NCBI GenBank assembly: GCA_963738405.1
Contig: CAVTWJ010000002.1
Location: forward strand, 1 to 64,000
Length of the DNA stretch: 64,000 nucleotides
Direction: 5' to 3'
Source: a candidate division FCPU426 bacterium
Lineage (GTDB): Bacteria; Oederibacteriota; Muellerivitia; Muellerivitales; Muellerivitaceae
The position numbers and the translations under genes are program-made. The notes under the pieces were generated by a model, which saw only the letters and a list, made by a program, of their open reading frames with translations, did no database searches and had not been told where the DNA came from. How positions within the stretch are numbered: position 1 is the first letter of the stretch; each line of letters opens with the position of its first letter. Positions 27,772-37,555 of the stretch are shown in pieces.

Positions 27772-27911
27772 TTCACCACCAAGACACCAAGAAAAACCAA
27801 AGCAAAGAAATTGGTTTAGACCCGAAACTAAAAACAAAGGCAGGAAACAAAAGGTTTTTTTAATCCATGAAATCTTTGCTGTTCTTGGTGCCTTGGTGTC
27901 TTGGTGGTGAA
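27772..27911. mobile_element. MITE-like element, copy E (inverted relative to A and B), with a degenerate extra end at ~27732-27760
   Basis: ttcaccaccaagacaccaag ... cttggtgccttggtgtcttggtggtgaa; core resembles the reverse complement of copy A. Confidence 0.75.
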
Positions 27912-27939
27912 CATTTCGCCGTTGTTCCTTTTTGTTTTT

Positions 27940-28383
27940 TTAAGGCAGTTCGACGATTTCCAGCCAGTAGTTCTTCAGCGACTGGACCACGGCCACCAGC
28001 CCCTCGAACGTGACCGGTTTGGTGATGTAGGAGTTGGCCCCCAGGTTGTAGCCCCGCAGGATGTCCTCCTCCGCCTTGGAGGTGGTGAGGATCACCAGGG
28101 GGATATTCTTAAGTGAAGGGTCGGACTTGATGATTTTCAAGGCCTCCCGTCCGTCCAGCCGGGGCATGTTCAAGTCGAGGAGGATGAAACAGGGCCGGGG
28201 CGCGGCGCCGGGCGCCGCGTATTTGCCCTTTTGATGGAGATAATCGAGCAGGACCTCCCCGTTTTCCACGGTGATGAGTGGGTTGGCCACCCGGTTTCGT
28301 TCCAGGGCCTTCGCGGTAATTAACCGGTCATCCGGATCGTCCTCCGCCATCAGGATCGGCGCGATCTGCCGTTTTTCCGTCAT
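27940..28383 (-). CDS. Single-domain response regulator (Rcp1-like)
   Basis: AEDDPDD, LLDLNMP, GANSYITKP and YWLEIVELP. Confidence 0.92.
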   Translation of the reverse strand: MTEKRQIAPILMAEDDPDDRLITAKALERNRVANPLITVENGEVLLDYLHQKGKYAAPGAAPRPCFILLDLNMPRLDGREALKIIKSDPSLKNIPLVILTTSKAEEDILRGYNLGANSYITKPVTFEGLVAVVQSLKNYWLEIVELP

Positions 28384-31130
28384 TCCTTTTCTCCTTTCAT
28401 GTCCTGCCTCACGGGTAAAATAACCTCGAACACCGCGCCCTCCCCCGGTTTGGAGGACGCCTTCATGGAGCCCCGGTGGCGCTCCACCACTTTGCGGCAG
28501 ATGGCCAGGCCGATGCCCGTCCCCTCGTACTCGGGCCCGTTGAGCCGCTGGAAAATATTGAAGATTTTATCGGCGTATTTTTGGTCGAACCCAATCCCGT
28601 TGTCCTTGACCCGGATGAGGCACCGGTTGGCTTTTTCATCCACGGCGCCCGTCACCTCAATCAAGGGATCAAGGTCTCTTTTGCGGAATTTCAGGGCATT
28701 GTTGATCAAGTTCTGGAAGAGCTGGCGCATTTGGGAAGGATCGACTTCGATGCGGGGCAAATCCTTCGCGAGGACCTTCCCGCCTGTTTCCTGAAGCCTT
28801 AACTCCAAATCGGCGGTCACTTCCTCGATGATTTGGGAAAGTTCCACCTCCTCGAAAGGCTTGGCCCGAGTGGTCACGCGGGTGAGTTGGAGCAGGTCCT
28901 CGATCAGCTGGCTCATGCGGCGGCCCGCGTCCTTCATGCGGGTCAGATAGTTGCGGGCCGACTCGTTTAAGGATGATCCCGCCTCATCCTCCAGGAAATT
29001 GCCGAAAGACTGTATCTTCCTCAAGGGCTCCTGCAGGTCGTGGGAGACCACGAAGATGAAATCCTGCATCTCCTTGTTGCTGGCTTCCAGGGCCCGGGTG
29101 TATATCCTCATCTCTTCATTCCGTTTTAATTCGCTGATGTCGCGGGTGATCTTGATGAAACCCTTCAACTTACCCTGCTCGTCCCTCAGGGTGTTCACGA
29201 GGACGTGCGCCATAAAACGCGAACCATCCTTGCGCACCCGCCATCCCTCCTCTTCCATCCGGCCTTCCTTCTCGGCGGTTTTCAATATTTCACCCGGATG
29301 ATTCCGATCTCTGTCTTCCGGGGTGTAAAAAACCGAAAAATGCAACCCAATGATTTCCGAAGCCTTGTAACCCTTGATTTTTTCGGCTCCCGCATTCCAG
29401 GTAAGAATTTTCCCCAGGGGATCCAGCATCAGGATGGCGTAATCCTTGAGATTTTCAATGGCCTGGGCTTCGCCCAGGCGTGTGACGGCCTCTATTTTTT
29501 TACGCTCGGTGATGTCGATCATCACGCTTAAGACCAAAAGGCCCTCCTCGGTGCGGATGGGGTTCAAGCCGATTTCCACCGGGAATTCGCTTCCGTCCTT
29601 GCGCAGCCCAAAAAGCTCGCGGCCGTTCCCGATCCTCCGCACCGCGGGTTTTCCCTTGAATTCGGAACGGTGGCGGGCGTGCCCAACCCGGAACCTTTCC
29701 GGCACGAGCATTTCGACCGATTGGCCGATCAGTTCCGCCTTGGAGTATCCGAAAAGTTTCAGGGCCTCGGCGTTCGCCAATAAAACGGCCCCCTTCTCAT
29801 CGGTCATGATCATGCCGTTGGGGGAGCCTTCAAACGCCAGGGCAAACTTTTCCTCCGCCTTCTTTCGCTTCTCCTCGGCTTCCATTTCAAGGGTGATGTC
29901 CCTTACGACCACCAGCCCGCCCGAGATGTTTCCCTGTTCGTCCCTTAAGGGGCGGCCGTTCACCTTGACGGCAACCCCCCCGGGATGCGCGGGATTGCGC
30001 AAAAACTGGACCATCCCTTGGACCTCTTCCCCCTGAAGGGCCCTTACCAGGGGAATGTCCTTTGCGGGGCAGGGAGTGACCCGGTCCTCGTTGAAAACGC
30101 CATATTCTTCAGTCCATTTATCAGGAGCCTGACTGGACATCCCAACGCCGGTGATGCGCCCCGCCGCGGCGTTGAAAAAGGTCATCTTTCCGTTGGGATC
30201 GGCCACCACGATCCCCTCGGACATGCTTTGCAACACCGAATTAAGGAGGTTGGTCTTTTCGGAAAGCGCCGCCGACTCCCTGTTCAGCAAGGCCGATTGC
30301 AAGCCGATGGCGATTCCCATAATCAATATAAAAAGCACCACCAATAGCGAGGTCCCCAAATCGGCGTCAAACCAGCCCCAATGCTCACCCTGGATGCGCA
30401 GCCAGCCCAGGAAAAGCGGAACGAGAATGGCAACCGGCAGGAGGCCGCGGGCTGTCCGCGTGCCCGTACCTTCGGAGAGAAAAACGGGACCCAGACCCTG
30501 GGACGGCCGCAGAGCCAGGGCGCCCGCTGAAAGAACCAGAAAAGTGGCCGCCGTGTGGAAAGCCATCGTGGTAAAGGCGGAAATTTGGTAAAGAGTTTTC
30601 ACCCCGTAGAGATACCCGATGACGGCCAACAAGGAGAGCAGGCCCGTTAGGAATAGGGCGGATTGACCCGCCAAAAGGATTCCAGGCCGATTGGACTTTG
30701 AAGCGAATAGAGCCAAGCCCAAAAGAACAAAACTAAGCGCGGTGATGGGGGCCATGCGGCCTGGATAGGCCCTATCGCTCGTGGCCCAGTCATCCCGGAC
30801 AAAAAACTCATCAAGGCCCGAACCCCAATGGAAGAAGTAGGCGAGGATAGCGGAAAGCCCCAGAACCACGGCCAACAAAGCAAATAGATCGGCCATACCC
30901 GATTTTGGATTCTTCCTCAGCAAAAGAAGGGAGGCGCCTAAAAACACGAATGATAAAGCGGTGTTGACCTTCATCGTAACCCATTGGGGGTTCAGACTGG
31001 CCAGAAGCTCAAAGTGAAGGGCCCATCCCAATAAAACCAAACCGCCGATACCTAAAGCCCACCAACCCGCGAAGACCTGGAGAACCCCGCTTTTAAAAAC
31101 GAAAAAAGGATCTTTTGTTTCAACGTCCAT
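28380..31130 (-). CDS. Membrane-bound multi-PAS sensor histidine kinase
   Basis: About eight N-terminal TM segments, three PAS domains, VSHDLQEPLR H-box, DNGIG and GTGIGLA. Confidence 0.93.
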   Translation of the reverse strand: MDVETKDPFFVFKSGVLQVFAGWWALGIGGLVLLGWALHFELLASLNPQWVTMKVNTALSFVFLGASLLLLRKNPKSGMADLFALLAVVLGLSAILAYFFHWGSGLDEFFVRDDWATSDRAYPGRMAPITALSFVLLGLALFASKSNRPGILLAGQSALFLTGLLSLLAVIGYLYGVKTLYQISAFTTMAFHTAATFLVLSAGALALRPSQGLGPVFLSEGTGTRTARGLLPVAILVPLFLGWLRIQGEHWGWFDADLGTSLLVVLFILIMGIAIGLQSALLNRESAALSEKTNLLNSVLQSMSEGIVVADPNGKMTFFNAAAGRITGVGMSSQAPDKWTEEYGVFNEDRVTPCPAKDIPLVRALQGEEVQGMVQFLRNPAHPGGVAVKVNGRPLRDEQGNISGGLVVVRDITLEMEAEEKRKKAEEKFALAFEGSPNGMIMTDEKGAVLLANAEALKLFGYSKAELIGQSVEMLVPERFRVGHARHRSEFKGKPAVRRIGNGRELFGLRKDGSEFPVEIGLNPIRTEEGLLVLSVMIDITERKKIEAVTRLGEAQAIENLKDYAILMLDPLGKILTWNAGAEKIKGYKASEIIGLHFSVFYTPEDRDRNHPGEILKTAEKEGRMEEEGWRVRKDGSRFMAHVLVNTLRDEQGKLKGFIKITRDISELKRNEEMRIYTRALEASNKEMQDFIFVVSHDLQEPLRKIQSFGNFLEDEAGSSLNESARNYLTRMKDAGRRMSQLIEDLLQLTRVTTRAKPFEEVELSQIIEEVTADLELRLQETGGKVLAKDLPRIEVDPSQMRQLFQNLINNALKFRKRDLDPLIEVTGAVDEKANRCLIRVKDNGIGFDQKYADKIFNIFQRLNGPEYEGTGIGLAICRKVVERHRGSMKASSKPGEGAVFEVILPVRQDMKGEKE

Positions 31131-31222
31131 GAAAATCCCTTCGGTTTCATTTCGGACCATGGGCGGGTCGGTTCAACCCATGTTCCGGGGGTTGAAATGA
31201 AGTCAACCCGTCGATCATTCCG

Positions 31223-31612
31223 TTATTTCGCCGGGACGATCCCTAAAATTTCCTTGACCTTGTTTTTAACCTCAGTCACCCCAACCGGCTTATTGATATA
31301 AGCGGAAATCTTGAATCCCTTCTTGGAGAAATCTTCCTTCAAATCCTTGTAGTGCCCCGAAACCACGATGACCGGAAGCTTGGGATATTCTTTTTTCAAA
31401 ACCGGAAACAGTTCCAACGTGTTCGCCTTGGGCATTTCCAAGTCGGTCACCAATAGGTCGATTTTTTCAGTTTTTAATTCCGCCAGGGTTTGGGCGGCGT
31501 TGTCGCAGGTGAAGACGCGGAAACCCTCTTTTTCAAACGCGCTCTTGTAGAGGGCTCGAATATTCGGATCGTCTTCCGCGAACAATAAATTGAAACTGGA
31601 CGGTTCGTTCAT
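31223..31612 (-). CDS. Single-domain response regulator
   Basis: AEDD, TDLEMP and NKP; start reassigned to MNEPSS after GGGGAG. Confidence 0.85.
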   Translation of the reverse strand: MNEPSSFNLLFAEDDPNIRALYKSAFEKEGFRVFTCDNAAQTLAELKTEKIDLLVTDLEMPKANTLELFPVLKKEYPKLPVIVVSGHYKDLKEDFSKKGFKISAYINKPVGVTEVKNKVKEILGIVPAK

Positions 31613-31935
31613 GAAATACTCCCCAAAAATGTGTTGGACGGCAAAAAGGTTCCCGAACGATTCCATTCGGCGAATTCTAAAACTCGTCAAACGTTGGGCC
31701 GTCGCTAATAGATAATGATTCTTCAAAATCAGGAGGGAAAAAAACTGCTTAATTGGTTGTTTAATTTGTCTTGCAGGACGCTGAAATTTTACATCAGCGC
31801 TTAGCCAATATGATAGATATCATATATTTTAACGGTACTTTATCGGACATCAGAGTGTCATAAATAGTGCACAAATTTTATTCAACGAAACACAAAAACC
31901 CGGAATGGTTGATGAGTACACCCATTAACGGGTGT

Positions 31936-32325
31936 TCAAAGCCCTTTCACATGGAAGCCCTTAAGAGCCCCCACCACAATCCAGATTCCCACTAGGGTTA
32001 CAAAAATTCCGAAGGAAAGCTTCAGCCATTGCTCGCCCATCTTGTGGGCTCCCCAGGCCCCGGCCCAGGCGCCCAGGATTAAACCCAGCGCTACAAAAAG
32101 TGCGGCCCTAAGATCCACATCCCCCTGCTTGTAATATTCCATGACCGCCAGAAGTCCCACGGGAGGAAGCAGGACTGCCAGGCTGGTGCCGGTGGCTTTT
32201 TCCTGGGTGAACCCCGCCAAAAAGGTAAGGGCCGGGACAATCAGGATACCCCCGCCGACTCCAAACAAACCCGCCGCCAACCCTGCCGCCAAACCGATTA
32301 GTAAAAATAACCCCATCATCGGCAT
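31936..32325 (-). CDS. Half-size TauE/SafE (sulfite exporter family) permease
   Basis: AGLFGVGGGILIVP and ATGTSL; four TM segments, 129 aa. Confidence 0.85.
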   Translation of the reverse strand: MPMMGLFLLIGLAAGLAAGLFGVGGGILIVPALTFLAGFTQEKATGTSLAVLLPPVGLLAVMEYYKQGDVDLRAALFVALGLILGAWAGAWGAHKMGEQWLKLSFGIFVTLVGIWIVVGALKGFHVKGL

Positions 32326-32334
32326 CCTCCTATT

Positions 32335-32562
32335 TCACCTGCGAATAGAACAGCTCGATCCCATTTCGGGTTCCTTGGGACGGGTGGTAAAACCCAACAA
32401 GGCATAGGGCAGGCACCAACCCATGAGTCCCGTGGCCAAAGGAACGATCCCCAAGAGAAACCATAAATTGGCTGGGCCCCAAAAAGCCAGACTGGTCAAA
32501 ATTATACCCACCACAACCCGCACAACCCTCTCCACCAGATGAATATTCTTCTTCATATCCAC
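32335..32562 (-). CDS. DUF2892/YgaP-like membrane protein
   Basis: KNI..VERVVRVVVG...PLATGLMGWCLPYALLG. Confidence 0.85.
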   Translation of the reverse strand: MDMKKNIHLVERVVRVVVGIILTSLAFWGPANLWFLLGIVPLATGLMGWCLPYALLGFTTRPKEPEMGSSCSIRR

Positions 32563-32569
32563 ACCCCTT

Positions 32570-32770
32570 TTAAACAGCTTTATTTTGCATCTTCCTCAAC
32601 AACATTTCCAACGGGCAAAAGCCCGTGAAAGACGACTGCAAAAGATTCAAGCCCACGAACAGGGTGAAATAAAGCCAGTTGTGGGAATGAACCTGATAAA
32701 GCACGAGACTAAGCAGGATGAAACTCCCCGCGAATGCCCGAACCTGGGAATCAATCGACATCTTTTTCAT
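32570..32770 (-). CDS. DUF2892/YgaP-like membrane protein
   Basis: VRAFAG...FVGLNLLQSSFTGFCP. Confidence 0.85.
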   Translation of the reverse strand: MKKMSIDSQVRAFAGSFILLSLVLYQVHSHNWLYFTLFVGLNLLQSSFTGFCPLEMLLRKMQNKAV

Positions 32771-35700
32771 CGCGCCATCTCCTTATGTTCTTGAATGTAT
32801 TTTTCCCGCGCAGGTCCCACAAACCAGTAATACAAAACCGGCACCGCCAGGGGACTCAACAGCGTGGCCGCCACTTCCCCGAAGATGAGGCTCAAGGCCA
32901 GGCCTTGGAAGATCGGATCCATCAGCATGACCGAACTGCCCACTACAACCGCCTCGGCAGTCAGGAGCATGGGACGGAAACGCAAGACCCCCGCGCTCAT
33001 CACCGCCGCCTTCAGGGGAATGCCCCTGGCCAACTGTCGCTCGGTGAAATCCACCAAAATGATGGAGTTGCGCACGATAATGCCCGCCCCCGCGATAAAG
33101 CCGATCATGGAGGTGGCGGTGAAATAGGAACCTGTCAGCCAATGGCCCGGCAGGATGCCGATGAGGCTCAAGGGGATGGGGGCCATGATGATCAAGGGAA
33201 CCGCGTAACTGCGGAACCAGCCCAGTACCAGCACGTAAATAAGGAGAACCACCACCCCGTAGGCTCCCCCTAGGTCGCGGAAAACCTCGTAGGTGATGAA
33301 CCATTCCCCATCCCACTTCACGACTGGCTTCTGGGTGTCCCAGGGCACCTCGGCGGTCTGCTGTTCGTAGGGAATCTTGGGCGAGAGCTTGAGGATTCCG
33401 TACACCGGCGCCTCGTCCTTGCCAGCCAGTTCGCTCATGACATAGGCGACGGGTTTGAGATTTTTGCGGTAGAGCGTTGCATCTTCCATCGTCACGGGCT
33501 TCTGGATCACATTTTCCAACCGAGCCGTACCGGAAACATAGGAACCCATCATCTCATCCCGGAAAGGGTTGGACCCGGACCGGACCCCCTGGTCAACCGA
33601 CAGGTCCACGCTCACGTCCTCGGGGCTGGAAGCGCCGTTGAGGGTGCCCATGGGGGATTCGAAAAAGATCAGCCGGCCCGCCGACATCACCTGGGCGGCG
33701 TTCAACCCCAACTGCCCCCCCTTGATCTGGTCGAACCCGTAAACGACACGGGGGCGACCCAGCCTCCAGGTGCTGTCCAGGTCCACCACGCTTTCCTCGG
33801 AAGCGAAATCCCGATAAACCTCCTCAGCCACCTGGCGCCGGGTCTTCGCGTCCGGCCCGTAGACCTCAGCCATCATCGTGGCCAAAACCGGGGGGCCGGG
33901 CGGAATCTCGATGACCTTGGTCACCGCGCCCTTGGATTGGCCGAAAGAGAGGATCACCGGACGAAGGGACTGGATGATCTCATGGCTGGATTGTTTTCGT
34001 TCCCCTTTATCGGTCAGGACGATTTGCAGGTCCGCCTGGTAGTCGCTTCCCCTCAAGAAAGTGTGTTTCACCATTCCGGAAAAGGAATAGGGCGCGGCCT
34101 CGCCGGTAAAAACCTGAATCCTCTTCACGTTCGGGTCTTTCAAAATTTGAGACGCCAGTTCCTGGGACCAGGTCAGGCTTTGGTTCAGCGGCGTGGTCGG
34201 CGGGTAATCCAACAGGACCTGAAACTCGTTCTTGTTGTCGAAGGGCAGCATCTTGACCCGCACCGCCTTGAAGGCGAAAAGACTGCAGGAAGCCAGCAGG
34301 AGCAATCCCACCGCCAGGCCCATACCAATAGCCGCTTTTTTGTCAGTCAGGAGCCGGTTCATGGTGGCCTGGTAGATGGCCTTGAGCGGAATTCCCCTGG
34401 TCGGTTCCTTCGCGTGTTCCTTGCCGTAGTTCTTCAACAGCCGAACCGAGGCCCAGGGCGTCACGATGAATGCGACTAACAGGGAGAACAGCATGGCCAT
34501 GCTGGCCCCCACCGGGATGGGTTTCATATAGGGGCCCATCAGCCCCCGCACGAAGGCCATGGGCAAAATGGCGGCGATAACAGTGAAGGTTGCCAGAATA
34601 GTGGGGTTACCGACCTCCGCCACCGCTTCCAGGGTGGCTTTGAGGATGCCCTTCTTGGGGTCGGTCTGCAGGTAACGCTCGATGTTTTCCACCACCACGA
34701 TGGCGTCATCCACCAGGATGCCGATGGAAAAGATCAGAGCGAAAAGCGTGACCCGGTTCAGGGTGTAGCCCATGAAGTAATAGACCGCCAGGGTCAAGGC
34801 CAAGGTGACGGGGATGGCGGTCGCCACCACCAGGGCGGAACGTCCTCCCATAACCAGAGCGATCAGGACGCAAACTGAGAGAGTGGCCAACAGAAGATGT
34901 TCGATCAGTTCTTTCGATTTCTCGCCCGCCGTGGCGCCGTAATCCCGCATGACCGAAAGGTTCACGTCGGGGGGAAGCTGGGCAGCGAAAGTTTTTGCCC
35001 TTTGGAGAAGCTGAGAGGATAGCTCCACCACGTTGGTGCCCTTGCGCTTGGCGAAGACGATGGAGACGGCGGTTTCCGGATCGCCCCCCTTTTCTTTGTC
35101 CAGAAGTACCGAGGCACGGACCCTCTCCTCCGGGCCGTCCACTACCTTGGCGATGTCGCGGATGCGCACCTGGGCGCCGCCCCTTTGCCCTACCGGAATG
35201 GTCTCGATGGCCTTCGCGGAGGTGATCCTCGCCCCCACCTCCACGTCATAGACCTGGCTGTCGCCCCAGGTCTTGCCCGCCGGCGCGTAGGCGTCGTTGG
35301 CCCTCAGGGCCTGCGCCACGTCGGGAAGGGACACGCCCTGCTCAACCAGCCGTTTCGGGTCCACAATGACCCGGATAGCCCTTTTCTGTCCGCCCAGAAG
35401 CTCCACCCTCGACAGGTCGGGGGTGCTGGAAAGTTCCCTTGCCAGTGGGGCCACCAAGGTTCTTAAGGCGAAGTCGTCTCGGCTCTTGGAACTGAAGGTG
35501 AGGGTCAGGAAGGGCACGTCGTCGATGGAATAGGACTTCACCATCGGGGCCGAGGCGTTCTCCGGCAATTGCTGCCGAATAGAGAGGAGCTTGTGGTGCA
35601 CCTTCACCAGGCTTGGTTCCATGGGCTCCCCCACCTTGAAGCGCACCGTCACCAGCGACCCGTGGGGCTGGCTGGCCGAATAGACGTATTCCACCCCGTC

Positions 35701-35943
35701 CAGGCCCCAGACCGCCCTCTCGATGGGCTCGGTGACCTTGCGTTCCACCTCGTCCGCCTCAAAGCCCGGCGCCGCCACCTGGATGTCGATCATGGGGACG
35801 GAGATCTGGGGTTCTTCCTCCTTGGGGGTCAGCCACACGGCCAGAACCCCGAGCACGATGCTCATGACCGCGATGACCGGCGTTAATTTGGAATGGACGA
35901 AGGCCTCGGCCAATGCCCCGGCGAAGCCCCTGTTCGCTTTCAT
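32767..35943 (-). CDS. RND efflux permease (AcrB/AcrD/AcrF family)
   Basis: PKEEEPQI, GILVDDAIVVVENI, RNSIILVDF and LRFRPMLLT; start reassigned to MKANRG. Confidence 0.93.
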   Translation of the reverse strand: MKANRGFAGALAEAFVHSKLTPVIAVMSIVLGVLAVWLTPKEEEPQISVPMIDIQVAAPGFEADEVERKVTEPIERAVWGLDGVEYVYSASQPHGSLVTVRFKVGEPMEPSLVKVHHKLLSIRQQLPENASAPMVKSYSIDDVPFLTLTFSSKSRDDFALRTLVAPLARELSSTPDLSRVELLGGQKRAIRVIVDPKRLVEQGVSLPDVAQALRANDAYAPAGKTWGDSQVYDVEVGARITSAKAIETIPVGQRGGAQVRIRDIAKVVDGPEERVRASVLLDKEKGGDPETAVSIVFAKRKGTNVVELSSQLLQRAKTFAAQLPPDVNLSVMRDYGATAGEKSKELIEHLLLATLSVCVLIALVMGGRSALVVATAIPVTLALTLAVYYFMGYTLNRVTLFALIFSIGILVDDAIVVVENIERYLQTDPKKGILKATLEAVAEVGNPTILATFTVIAAILPMAFVRGLMGPYMKPIPVGASMAMLFSLLVAFIVTPWASVRLLKNYGKEHAKEPTRGIPLKAIYQATMNRLLTDKKAAIGMGLAVGLLLLASCSLFAFKAVRVKMLPFDNKNEFQVLLDYPPTTPLNQSLTWSQELASQILKDPNVKRIQVFTGEAAPYSFSGMVKHTFLRGSDYQADLQIVLTDKGERKQSSHEIIQSLRPVILSFGQSKGAVTKVIEIPPGPPVLATMMAEVYGPDAKTRRQVAEEVYRDFASEESVVDLDSTWRLGRPRVVYGFDQIKGGQLGLNAAQVMSAGRLIFFESPMGTLNGASSPEDVSVDLSVDQGVRSGSNPFRDEMMGSYVSGTARLENVIQKPVTMEDATLYRKNLKPVAYVMSELAGKDEAPVYGILKLSPKIPYEQQTAEVPWDTQKPVVKWDGEWFITYEVFRDLGGAYGVVVLLIYVLVLGWFRSYAVPLIIMAPIPLSLIGILPGHWLTGSYFTATSMIGFIAGAGIIVRNSIILVDFTERQLARGIPLKAAVMSAGVLRFRPMLLTAEAVVVGSSVMLMDPIFQGLALSLIFGEVAATLLSPLAVPVLYYWFVGPAREKYIQEHKEMAR

Positions 35944-36001
35944 GTTTTTTTCTTGGTTCAAATCGGGTCGTTTCTCCATGTCTCTGTGCCTCTGTGGTGG
36001 A

Positions 36002-37318
36002 TTACTTTTCATTGGAAGGCTCCTGGAATCCGGAATTCACGGCCAACTGGACCCTAGCCTGCACCAATTCCATTTCCGCCTGGGCCCGGCTGGTGATCAG
36101 GTCCGCCCGGCGGGATAACACCTCCACCAATTGAAGGGCGTTGATGGAGCCCTCTTTAAACAGGTTCCGGGCGGTCTCGGTTTGCTCTTCCAACAGTTTG
36201 GAACTGTCCTCCATCAGGGCCAGGTTCGACTCCAGCGCCTTTTTGGATTCCACGGCCTGGACCCGGTCGGCCGCTGATTTTTGCCGCAGAACCTCGGCTT
36301 CCTCCCGCGAGGCTTTCGCGTCCGCTTGGGCCTGATCGCCCGCGCCGAAATTGGGCACGTCCAGCAGATCCCATTGCAGGTAGGCCCCGGCGGTATAGCT
36401 GGTGCCCGTGGCACGATCCCCGTTTTGGACGGAACCCTGCCCGAAGAGGGCGACCCGCGGGAGCAGAAGAGCGTTCTGGGCTCCTTCCATCTTTTCGGCG
36501 GCCTCGGCATGGGAAAGGGCGGCTTTCACGTATGCGGGTTCTTCCGCCGGGGAAGAGGGGAAGGCTTGGTCGAGGAAGGCTTCATCTGCAAGGGAAACAG
36601 GAGCCCAATCGGTTGCTAGGCCTGGGGCCTCAATTCCGATCTGGCCTTTGAGGGTATTTTCCTGGGCCTGGTCCTGAACCGACAGGCCCGAAAGCCGATT
36701 CTGGAGGTTTTTCAAGCCCAGAAGGCCCGAATAGCCTACGGGATTCGATTTGGATCCGATGGTGTAATGATCGAGAACGGCCTGAACCTGGGTCTGGAGC
36801 GCTGTCACCGCGCCCTCCTCATCTTGGGTTACCAGCAGGTCGGCGTATTTCGCGGCCAGCTTTACATATTCTTGCGTTTGGACCGAGTCGTCCTGCCATT
36901 GAATGGCCTCTTTCATCTTGCGGGCCGAGTCGGCAAGCGCCTCCTTGCCCCCGCCCTCGAAGAGGGGGAAATCGAGCCCCAGCGTCCCGCTTTCGTAGAA
37001 CTTGTCCAGGGGCTCATTAAGGGCGGCGGGTGAAAAATCCGCCGGGGCGATCTGCCGCTCCTCCAGAAGGGACATGAAGGATCGGGCCGGGTCGTTGGTC
37101 TCGTAGGCCCGGGCGTCCAGGGCGAGGCGGGGAAACCAGTGGTTCGCGGACCGGCTTTCGGCAATCTCGGCAGATTTCAATTGGGCCTGGGAAGACTGGA
37201 TTGCGGGCGAGGCTTTCTTCACAAGATTCCAAAGTTCCGGGAAAGGTATCTCTTGCCCCGCCTGGACCGGGCATAGGGACAGGAGGCAAACCACGGCGAT
37301 CAAACCCATTCGTATCAA
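36002..37318 (-). CDS. TolC-family outer-membrane efflux protein
   Basis: Signal peptide, two helical OEP-like repeats (FPLFEGG; FKEGSINALQLVE); AAGGAG RBS before TTG. Confidence 0.85.
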   Translation of the reverse strand: MIRMGLIAVVCLLSLCPVQAGQEIPFPELWNLVKKASPAIQSSQAQLKSAEIAESRSANHWFPRLALDARAYETNDPARSFMSLLEERQIAPADFSPAALNEPLDKFYESGTLGLDFPLFEGGGKEALADSARKMKEAIQWQDDSVQTQEYVKLAAKYADLLVTQDEEGAVTALQTQVQAVLDHYTIGSKSNPVGYSGLLGLKNLQNRLSGLSVQDQAQENTLKGQIGIEAPGLATDWAPVSLADEAFLDQAFPSSPAEEPAYVKAALSHAEAAEKMEGAQNALLLPRVALFGQGSVQNGDRATGTSYTAGAYLQWDLLDVPNFGAGDQAQADAKASREEAEVLRQKSAADRVQAVESKKALESNLALMEDSSKLLEEQTETARNLFKEGSINALQLVEVLSRRADLITSRAQAEMELVQARVQLAVNSGFQEPSNEK

Positions 37319-37345
37319 GTTAGACTCCTTATTTTTCTTGTTCGA

Positions 37346-37501
37346 TTACGCGTGACTAAAAAAGAAACCCATCAGGGCCCCGTAAAGGGTGCTGATCCAG
37401 GGGTTGGCGGTGATGGGGCAGGCCCCGGTGGAACAACCCACCAGCTTGTGGTAGCCGAATCCCAACGCTGCCCCGATCGCGACACTTAAAAGAATCTTCA
37501 T
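37346..37501 (-). CDS. Small membrane protein with GCxxGxCPIT motif (DUF6132-like), 51 aa; not in the ORF track
   Basis: MKILLSVAIGAALGFGYHKLVGCSTGACPITANPWISTLYGALMGFFFSHA*; GGAGG RBS. Confidence 0.85.
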   Translation of the reverse strand: MKILLSVAIGAALGFGYHKLVGCSTGACPITANPWISTLYGALMGFFFSHA

Positions 37502-37519
37502 CACCACCTCCATAACAAA

Positions 37520-37541
37520 ATTAGATTTTCCTAATATAGAT
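37520..37541. promoter_or_regulatory. Putative ArsR operator 2
   Basis: ATTAG-attttc-CTAATATAGAT, matching the operator upstream of the arsR gene. Confidence 0.7.
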
Positions 37542-37555
37542 AAACAAAAAAAGGG

